A stretch of DNA of 64,000 nt from Planctomycetota bacterium (GTDB lineage: Bacteria > Planctomycetota > B15-G4): NCBI GenBank assembly GCA_965248575.1, contig CBDFJQ010000002.1, forward strand, positions 2,144,001 to 2,208,000, given 5' to 3'. The position numbers and the translations under genes were made by a program. This document shows, in pieces, positions 57,036-64,000 of this stretch. Within the stretch, counting starts at the first letter, position 1. Every line of letters starts with the position of its first letter. The notes beneath the pieces are model-generated. The model was not told the DNA's origin. It made no database searches and saw nothing but the letters and a program-made list of their open reading frames with translations.

Positions 57036-58532
57036 TCAGCGGGTGTAACCCAGGGAACGCAACTCCTCCAACCGGTCCTCATCCACCGGACGGACATCGG
57101 GAGCCACGCCGCCATGCGCCTCCATCTCCTCCAGGTGGGCATCCAGCCGCTTGCGCAACTGGCGCACGGTGTCCGCTTCCTGCTTGGCGAGGTTCCACTG
57201 CTCCCCCGGATCGAGCAGGCGGTCGTAGAGCCATTCTTCTTCCGTGTACAGGTCGACCAGATAGCTGTAGCGCCTGGTGCGCACCGAGTAGAGACCGGGC
57301 GTCAGGCGAGCAGCGGAGGCAAAGCTGAAGTCATCGCCCCCTACCGAGCGAGGAGCTTCCGGCAAGCCCAACTCCCGAACGCGGCTCAGCCCCTGCACCG
57401 AATCGGGTGACTCTCCCCCCGCCAGGGCGACGAGCGTCGGATAGATGTCGATGCTCTGCACTGCGGACGTCACGCGTCGACCGCCACCCAGCCCTCCGGG
57501 GGCGCGCAGGAACAGGGGAACATGGACCTGGTGATGCTGCAAAGTGAAGCCGTGCGCCCAGTGTCCGTGCTCCGCCAGCTCCTCGCCGTGATCCGAAGTA
57601 AAGACCAACCAGCTCTCGTCCAGGAGCCCCGACGTCCGCAGGCCATCCAGGAAGAAGGACAGGCGGCGGTCGAAGGCGCGCACGTTGGCGGCGTAGCGGC
57701 TGCGCCACTCGACAAGGCTCAGGCTGCTCAAGTTGTCGGCGAGGTAGGCGGGCGGTGCTTCGCTCAGTCGACGATCCGCCCCCAGATTGGGGCTGGACTT
57801 CAAGGCTCGGGCATCCGTGAACGGCGCGTGAAAGGGATCGTGCACATCCATCAGATGCAAGTAGAGGAAGAAGGGTCGCTCGTCGTCCCGCTCCGCCAAC
57901 CAATCCCGCGCCTGGGCCAGGAAGATGTCGCACGGCAGTGAGCGCCCGGTCTGATCGTCGGCATAGACATCGAAGCCCTGGCCGAAACCAAACTCGCCGG
58001 CGATCCATGGGTTCGACACGAAGGCTGCGGTGGCGTAACCAGCCTCCCGGAAGGACTCCGCGAGGGTCACGGATTCCTGGGGCAGCACGCCCGTTTGCAG
58101 CGACTCGTCCTCCGTCGCATCACTCCAGAACATGCCGTTGTGGTTCGTGAGCTGGTGAACCCGCGGGTAGGTGGACGTCATGATCGATGCCATCGACGGC
58201 TTCGTCCACGGGGCCTGGCTCAGGCAGTTGTCGAAGACCACGGACTCTGCGGCCAAGGCATCCAGGTGTGGCGAGATCTCTCCCTCGAAGCCGTAGCTCC
58301 CGAGGAAGTCGGCGCGCAGGGTGTCCGCCAGAATGAAGATCACGTTGGGTGGGCGAGGAGGCTGGGGGGTGGCAGCTTGCCCCCGGCTCGAATCTCCCGC
58401 TGCTTCGCGGCAGCCGGCCTGGATCAGGATCAGGATCAAGCTCAGCACGGGCATGGGCCCCGCGGCCCGCATGAGCAGGGGCGGCAATCCAAGGCTGCGT
58501 CGCGCTGATGGATTGCGTTGCGAAGTGCTCAT
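57036..58532 (-). CDS. Sulfatase-like (alkaline phosphatase superfamily) protein, probable lipoprotein
   Basis: PNVIFILADTLRAD, PWTKPS, H.MDVH.P, TSDHGEE, LRSLGY. Confidence 0.88.
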   Translation of the reverse strand: MSTSQRNPSARRSLGLPPLLMRAAGPMPVLSLILILIQAGCREAAGDSSRGQAATPQPPRPPNVIFILADTLRADFLGSYGFEGEISPHLDALAAESVVFDNCLSQAPWTKPSMASIMTSTYPRVHQLTNHNGMFWSDATEDESLQTGVLPQESVTLAESFREAGYATAAFVSNPWIAGEFGFGQGFDVYADDQTGRSLPCDIFLAQARDWLAERDDERPFFLYLHLMDVHDPFHAPFTDARALKSSPNLGADRRLSEAPPAYLADNLSSLSLVEWRSRYAANVRAFDRRLSFFLDGLRTSGLLDESWLVFTSDHGEELAEHGHWAHGFTLQHHQVHVPLFLRAPGGLGGGRRVTSAVQSIDIYPTLVALAGGESPDSVQGLSRVRELGLPEAPRSVGGDDFSFASAARLTPGLYSVRTRRYSYLVDLYTEEEWLYDRLLDPGEQWNLAKQEADTVRQLRKRLDAHLEEMEAHGGVAPDVRPVDEDRLEELRSLGYTR

Positions 58533-59434
58533 CCGTCGGCTCCAGGGTCAGCTCCGGGCGCATCCGTATCGGCAGCTCCCGAAGAGCTTCCGGCGGCGAG
58601 CGCGTCCAGGAGTTGGCGGGCGGCGCCGTGTTCCGGTTGCAGCGCCACAAGGCGCTGCAGGACCACGCGAGCCTGCTCTGGCTGTCCCTGTGCCTGGAGG
58701 GAGACACCCAATTCATAGAGCGAACGCGCCCGTTCCGGCTGCTCCGCCACCAGAGCCCGAAGCACCTGCACGGACTCGGCGAGCTTCCCCGCCAGCCGGG
58801 CCGAGTAACCGAGGTTGTGGCGAGCGTTGCCGCTCTGGGGGTCGAGGCGGACCGCAGCCTCGAAAGCAGTGCGGGCCGCTTCGGCGTGTTCGCGGGCGAC
58901 GGCCGCTGAGTCGGCGGTCGGGCCCGCCCCCAGACACTCATCCCTCAAGGCAAGCATGCCGAAGCCGAGCCACTCGTGGACGAGCACATCCTCGCTCCGC
59001 GCAAGCGCTTGCCTGAACTCATCGAGGGCCGCTTCCACGTTGGCCTTCCCGCCCTCCTTGATGAACAACTGGCCACGAACAAAGAGCGCCTGTCGATTCA
59101 TGGGATCCAATTGGACGGCGTGTTCCAGGCTCTGGGCAGCGAGTTCCAACTCGCCGTCTCCGATCTGCTTCAGTGCATCGGCGACGCCGCGCTCAGCCCG
59201 GGCGAAACGAGCGCCGGCAGGCAGGACCGAGGGCGTAGGGAGCTCGGCCTGAGCTTCCTCCGAGGGGCCGGACTCCACCGGGGGACGGGACTCCACTGGC
59301 TCCGTCCGCTCGGTGCACGCTCCGAGCGTGACGAGCACGACCGAGACGACGCACGGAAGGTGTGGACGACGCTCGCAGTCACGCGCGTGGCGTCTGGGGT
59401 CGTCCCTGCGGCTGGGTCGCGGCTCAGTGGGCAC
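58529..59434 (-). CDS. TPR-repeat lipoprotein
   Basis: AV.LDP....A..NLG repeats; LGAC; ATGA-coupled to the sulfatase-like gene. Confidence 0.75.
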   Translation of the reverse strand: MPTEPRPSRRDDPRRHARDCERRPHLPCVVSVVLVTLGACTERTEPVESRPPVESGPSEEAQAELPTPSVLPAGARFARAERGVADALKQIGDGELELAAQSLEHAVQLDPMNRQALFVRGQLFIKEGGKANVEAALDEFRQALARSEDVLVHEWLGFGMLALRDECLGAGPTADSAAVAREHAEAARTAFEAAVRLDPQSGNARHNLGYSARLAGKLAESVQVLRALVAEQPERARSLYELGVSLQAQGQPEQARVVLQRLVALQPEHGAARQLLDALAAGSSSGAADTDAPGADPGADG

Positions 59435-59509
59435 TCTGGCTTCCGGTCGGGGCTGCGTCTCGCAAAGGCTAGCTTGCTTTGGGCGGGGAGGAAAACCAAC
59501 CCCGACGCT

Positions 59510-60526
59510 TCAGCTCGAGCTGGCCGCCGAGGCGGCAGCCGTGGCCCCCGCCATCGCCGCAATCATGGCCGCCTGCTGGGCCTGCAGGATCGCCTGCACG
59601 GCCAAGACGTTCCGCGCCCCTCTGAGGGACTCGGCCTCGGGGGTCGCCACCAGCTCCAGGAAAGCCGTGCCGCAGGCGAGACTGAAGCCAAGCTCCCTGC
59701 CGGGCCGGGGCTTCTTGGACTGCAGGTGCTCGCGGTGCTTCAAGACCCGCGCCACGACGTGTTCGGCGGATTGGGGCAGGAAGCTCAGGACCGCCACTTC
59801 ATCGTAGTCGCCTGTGTTCATCCACAGGCCCGCGTCGTCGAAAGCCTGATAGAGCGCGCGGAAGTGCTGCATCAGCACGGTGTCATCCTGCTCCCCGCAA
59901 ACCAGGATATGGGACACCGCCTGCAAGGCGTTGCCACGCTTGAAGCCCAGGTCGCGCAGGCCCTCGTAGAAGGTCTCGCAACGAGCGGCCACCGACGGGG
60001 CACTGCCGACTTCCCCTGCAAGCAGCGCGCAGGCGGGAAGGTCGTCCTGCCCTGTCAGGAAACCGTGATGCGCCTTCATCTCCGCATAGATCTCGCCGTA
60101 GCGACGCACCATGGTCTGGTCGACACGCTTGCCTTCCCGCTGCGCTCGTCCCATGAGCAGCAAGCACGCCAGCTGCGTGTACACCGTGCCCGACTTCAGG
60201 CGCTCAGCCTTGAACAAGGCCTCGATCCGTTCGACTTCGACTGAGAACGCAGCCGCATCCAGACCGCTGTGCATGAGCACCGCCGCGACCACGAAGCGCA
60301 CCTGCGACTTCATGGGTTGGAACCAACGCGCGCCCTGCTCGAGCTGCTGGGCCGTCTCGCGCAATCTCCGTGCGACCTGCGTCGGTTCGCCTGGCAGCGT
60401 GATCAAGGACGAGGCAGCGAAGCGCAGGGCCGACACATCGTCGGTCCAGGACTTGTCCGCCAGGAGGGCGGCCAGGAGATCACAGAAGCGCTGCAGCGGC
60501 TGGCTTGGAAGCTCGGGCTGGGTCAT
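59510..60526 (-). CDS. DUF4003-like protein
   Basis: IY..MK..H.FLTG.DD, L...GF.RGN.LQ..SHIL, Ala/Ser-rich C-terminus QQAAMIAAMAGATAAASAASSS. Confidence 0.7.
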   Translation of the reverse strand: MTQPELPSQPLQRFCDLLAALLADKSWTDDVSALRFAASSLITLPGEPTQVARRLRETAQQLEQGARWFQPMKSQVRFVVAAVLMHSGLDAAAFSVEVERIEALFKAERLKSGTVYTQLACLLLMGRAQREGKRVDQTMVRRYGEIYAEMKAHHGFLTGQDDLPACALLAGEVGSAPSVAARCETFYEGLRDLGFKRGNALQAVSHILVCGEQDDTVLMQHFRALYQAFDDAGLWMNTGDYDEVAVLSFLPQSAEHVVARVLKHREHLQSKKPRPGRELGFSLACGTAFLELVATPEAESLRGARNVLAVQAILQAQQAAMIAAMAGATAAASAASSS

Positions 60527-60595
60527 GCAAGGGCTCTCACTCAGTCGAAGGAGAGCCTAGTGTGCAAGAAGGACCAGCCCGAGCGCAGCTCGGAA

Positions 60596-61336
60596 TCAGT
60601 TGCAGTCGTCCTGCTCGCTCAACGTCTTTGGCGCCTCGGTGGGCCGGAGGCGTACATGCGTCTTCACGGTCCCAGCACCACCCACGTTGTCGGCACGCAG
60701 CGTGAAGAAACCGAAGGCCGTGAGCCCCAGGGGCAGCTTGTCGATACGGATCAAATCGGGCAGCTGGAAGGTCACGCTGGTCAAGGACACCGGGCCATTC
60801 GGTCCTTCCAGGGAAGGGTTCGCGAAGCGCGGCCCGTTGGTGGCCGCCGCGATGGATGCGGACAGACCGTAGCCAGCGAGGGCGTTGAAGCTCACCTCGA
60901 CCGTGTCGCCACCCATCACCGAGTGCGTCGCCACGAGCTTGAGGGCATCCGGGCGCACGCGTCCCACGGTGTCCACCTCGTACAGACCCACCGAGCCATC
61001 GGAACTGGAAATACGCAGCTCGTAGCGCCCGGGGTTGGAGAGCACCAAGACTCCGAGGACCACACTCGAACCACCGGAGACATCCGCCAGCACGTTGCCC
61101 GTCCCCAGCTCTGTCAGCATGACGCGCGGGTTCAGGGCCGAGGCCCCCACCGCATCCACTTGCACGCGCAGCACCGTTCCCGCGAGGGCATCAAACTCCA
61201 GGACGTCGACATCTGCGGGGTCGCAGATCTCGCCTTGGAACTCGTCGTTCAAATTCAGATAGGCGTCGAGGGCCGAACCTCCGGCAAGGAGGAGGGCGAG
61301 CGCCACAGCAATCCGGGCAAAGACTGGCTGGCTCAT
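60596..61336 (-). CDS. Secreted hypothetical protein with PPC-like beta domains
   Basis: Signal peptide; G.I....DVD...F.A.AG, L...G.Y.L. Confidence 0.65.
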   Translation of the reverse strand: MSQPVFARIAVALALLLAGGSALDAYLNLNDEFQGEICDPADVDVLEFDALAGTVLRVQVDAVGASALNPRVMLTELGTGNVLADVSGGSSVVLGVLVLSNPGRYELRISSSDGSVGLYEVDTVGRVRPDALKLVATHSVMGGDTVEVSFNALAGYGLSASIAAATNGPRFANPSLEGPNGPVSLTSVTFQLPDLIRIDKLPLGLTAFGFFTLRADNVGGAGTVKTHVRLRPTEAPKTLSEQDDCN

Positions 61337-61698
61337 GACTCAGGGATCCATATCGGGAGATCGGGTGATCGGCTGGATGGTCGTTGGGTAGGGCAGTGCC
61401 GCTCCGCAACAGAATCGCGCCTGCGAGTACGCAGGGGCCACTCAGAGGGAATCGACGCGGGAGAGGAGCTCGAACTTGTGACCACCGGTTCATGACCTGT
61501 CGGGGAGGCGGTGGCGGTCGGGCACATCCCTTTTCACTGCCTGCTAGAGCAGCCCGCGACCCGAGAGTCACAGAATTCTTCCCTGTTGTTTTCCGTGAAG
61601 ATCTCCGGCCCCGCGCGCCACCGGAGGCCCTGTCCACTTGAGCATTCTGCTTCGAGAGTCGCTCAAGGGATCCGGGGGCAACGCGAGACTGCGGTGAC

Positions 61699-61998
61699 CT
61701 ACTTCTTGTTGCTGAACGACATCTTGACCCACTTGCTCTTGGCCTTGTGCGGATCCTCGAGGATCCAGATGTCCTCCGTGTCAGCCAGGTGCCAGGAGTC
61801 GTAGATCATGTACTTGTCGACTTCCTTGGCCGAGGCGTGGCCGATCGCCATGCGGTAGCGGGCCTTGTCCGCCTCCACGGTGACCGTACCGGTGCCCTTG
61901 GTGCCCACCGAACTCTGGGCGGTGGCCCAAGAAGCCACCACGACGATCAGGGCCGTGGTCAGGGCCAGACTTGCTGCTTTCCAATGGGATTCCTTCAT
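61699..61998 (-). CDS. Small secreted or membrane-anchored hypothetical protein
   Basis: 99 aa, N-terminal hydrophobic helix, coding-like codon usage. Confidence 0.65.
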   Translation of the reverse strand: MKESHWKAASLALTTALIVVVASWATAQSSVGTKGTGTVTVEADKARYRMAIGHASAKEVDKYMIYDSWHLADTEDIWILEDPHKAKSKWVKMSFSNKK

Positions 61999-62124
61999 CC
62001 TTCTAGCTCTCCTTGTCCTCGTACATGGGCCTCGTCAGGCATCCCCTGATCGAGCTCGATCACACATGGATCGGGTCAACGATCTCATGTGCCGGGATGC
62101 GCAGGAACTTGCAGCGTAGCGAAG

Positions 62125-63144
62125 TCAGGGCCGAATGCTGAAACGGGCCAACTGAGCCAGGTGATCGCTGGTGCCTGGATCCAGCGTCTCGTAGCTGTGA
62201 AATCGGAGGTGCTCGTTACCCAGGACGTGGTCCAGCCCCCAGGACGGAAGCCAGGCCGGGAAGGTGCGATGCCAGCCTGAGCCCGCCGAGAGGTGCGCCA
62301 CCGTGGTGCCGGGGATCTTCACGGCCATCGCACCCAGGGGGGCATTGAAGTCACCTGCCAAGAGCACGGCTTGCTCGGCATGGGCCAGCACCCAGTCCTC
62401 CAGCCGCCGGCCCTCGGCGGCGTGCATGCGCAGATTGTCGATGGAGCGCAACACGATGCCCAGAGGCCCGGCCCGCCACCACATGGGCTTCGTGGTGTGC
62501 ACGTTCACGACCCACAGCAGCCCGCCTTCCAGTGGGAGACGGGCCGCAAAGGTGCGATATCCGGTCAGCGCCGTCTCCACCTCGACAGCGGTCTCCGCGC
62601 CGGACAGCAGTGAACGACGCACGGCGATCAGCGAAGAGAAGGGGCCGAAGTCGGAACGCTCGAACGTCAAGCTCTCGTCCGGAACGAACACCTGGAAATC
62701 GGAGAGGGCGGCGACGAACGGTGCCCGTTCCTTCGGCTGCAGCTCCTGCAAGCAGACCACATCGACCGCTTGCTCCCGCACGAGCCGGGCCACGATGGGC
62801 GCGCCGTGCTCGTTGTGATGGGCGTTGTAGCTGAGCACGCTCAACACCCTTGCCCCATCGCTGGCGAGTTCGGAGGCCCCCGACCCCCAACCCAGTTGCA
62901 GGACCAAGCCAGCCATCCCCAAGCAGGCGAGCCCGGCCAGCCCACGCCGCCGTTCCCACCAGAACAACAGCGCCAGGACCAAGGCGCCCGCTGCGACCAG
63001 CACCCGAGGCGCGTAGAGCAGGGCCAGGCCCACAAACCAACGGTCGGCTCCGATCCACGGCGCCAGACAGGCCCCGAGCACCACCGCCAACCCCAGCACA
63101 CGTGCCCAGGACCAGAGGCCGTACCTGCGCTCAGCTGCGCTCAT
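62125..63144 (-). CDS. Endonuclease/exonuclease/phosphatase family protein with N-terminal TMs
   Basis: LSYN, CLQE, NVH, AGDFN, LDHVL, SDH. Confidence 0.88.
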   Translation of the reverse strand: MSAAERRYGLWSWARVLGLAVVLGACLAPWIGADRWFVGLALLYAPRVLVAAGALVLALLFWWERRRGLAGLACLGMAGLVLQLGWGSGASELASDGARVLSVLSYNAHHNEHGAPIVARLVREQAVDVVCLQELQPKERAPFVAALSDFQVFVPDESLTFERSDFGPFSSLIAVRRSLLSGAETAVEVETALTGYRTFAARLPLEGGLLWVVNVHTTKPMWWRAGPLGIVLRSIDNLRMHAAEGRRLEDWVLAHAEQAVLLAGDFNAPLGAMAVKIPGTTVAHLSAGSGWHRTFPAWLPSWGLDHVLGNEHLRFHSYETLDPGTSDHLAQLARFSIRP

Positions 63145-64000
63145 GGTTCGGACAGGGCGACGTCCAAGCGACGTCGCTCCCCCGCCGCCAGACTGACAGG
63201 CTCCTCGTGCATGAAGACCTCGATGCCCAGCCCCCCTCCTTCGCCCGGCTCGGCGACCAAGAGCAGGAAGCTGCCTTGGGGTAAGTCCCGAAACTCGTAT
63301 TGCCCGCCCTCCGTCTCGGCTTTCGCGACCGGCTCACCCTGCACGCCACGTAACAGGACCTCGGTTCCATCGGGCACGACCTCCACCCCCACTTGAGTGA
63401 TGCTCCCGCTCAGCACAGCTCCTGCTGTCATGCGAATCACCAGCTCTTGCTCCGATGTGTCGTCACCCAGCCTGTGGGGCCCCGAGCTGGCTTCTGCGAA
63501 ACCTGTCGCGCGCACCCGGACCTGGTAGGTGCCAGGCCAAAGCCCCGGCATGCTGAAACGCCCCACCGCATCCGTCGTCGTGCGACCGTTCACCTGGGCC
63601 GCAACCGTCTCCAAGGGTTCGATGCTCACCAGCGCTGCGGGGACCACGGCGCCACCTTGCTCGGCCAGCACGAGGCCAGCGAGGGTTCCGGACCCGAACA
63701 CGACGTCCACGCTGCGCTGCTCATCCCAGTCGAGCACGACCGGCACGCTCATGCGGGCACCGCCCGGCGCCGTCACCGACACGAGATGCGGCCCCACCGA
63801 CTCGACACTCAGGGCGTACTCCCCTTGCTCGTTCGTCGTCGTCAAGCGTTTGAGCAACTCACGCCCCCAGTAGTTGACCTCCCGGTCTTCGCGCAGCATG
63901 ACCCGTGCTTCCGGGAGCAGGGAGTCTCCTGCCCGCACATGCCCCACCACCCGCGGTGCATCCCGCATCACCAACACCAGCTCCTGTGACTGGCCCGCCT
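63141..64000 (-). CDS. Carboxypeptidase-regulatory-like repeat protein (5' end outside window)
   Basis: Repeated TT...G.(Y/F), L.PG.Y.V...A.G; ATGA overlap with the EEP gene. Confidence 0.75.
   Translation of the reverse strand, partial: AGQSQELVLVMRDAPRVVGHVRAGDSLLPEARVMLREDREVNYWGRELLKRLTTTNEQGEYALSVESVGPHLVSVTAPGGARMSVPVVLDWDEQRSVDVVFGSGTLAGLVLAEQGGAVVPAALVSIEPLETVAAQVNGRTTTDAVGRFSMPGLWPGTYQVRVRATGFAEASSGPHRLGDDTSEQELVIRMTAGAVLSGSITQVGVEVVPDGTEVLLRGVQGEPVAKAETEGGQYEFRDLPQGSFLLLVAEPGEGGGLGIEVFMHEEPVSLAAGERRRLDVALSEP

Noticed and set aside
61340..61690. Long intergenic region with hairpin CCTGCG-N4-CGCAGG as an ncRNA
   Set aside because: Short GC hairpins are expected by chance; no recognisable RNA family

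Overview
GC-rich bacterial chromosomal segment, most likely Planctomycetota. This is inferred from gene content: an ECF sigma/Ser-Thr kinase pair, a membrane-anchored ECF sigma fusion, several sulfatases, and FG-GAP and LVIVD proteins. About 50 CDS: the end of an NRPS cluster with a HisC-like PLP enzyme, a surface-glycan cluster, sulfatases, a lipoprotein MsrAB, many secreted proteins, and a complete his operon with two fusions (HisC-HAD phosphatase; HisA-HisI-HisE). No rRNA, tRNA, CRISPR or mobile element was seen. Main observations: (1) a TlpA/thioredoxin-like lipoprotein split by an in-frame TGA at the first position of a UxxC motif and followed by a SECIS-like hairpin, so a probable exported selenoprotein, lying near lipoprotein MsrAB; (2) a conserved ~120-140 aa C-terminal domain shared by 5-6 unrelated secreted proteins, a candidate lineage-specific sorting or anchoring signal; (3) apparent non-canonical (CTG/ATC) start codons for hisF and an acyltransferase; (4) several candidate leaderless genes; (5) an aromatic-rich lipoprotein with a 79-aa repeat. 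All family calls come from motif recognition by eye, not from database searches.
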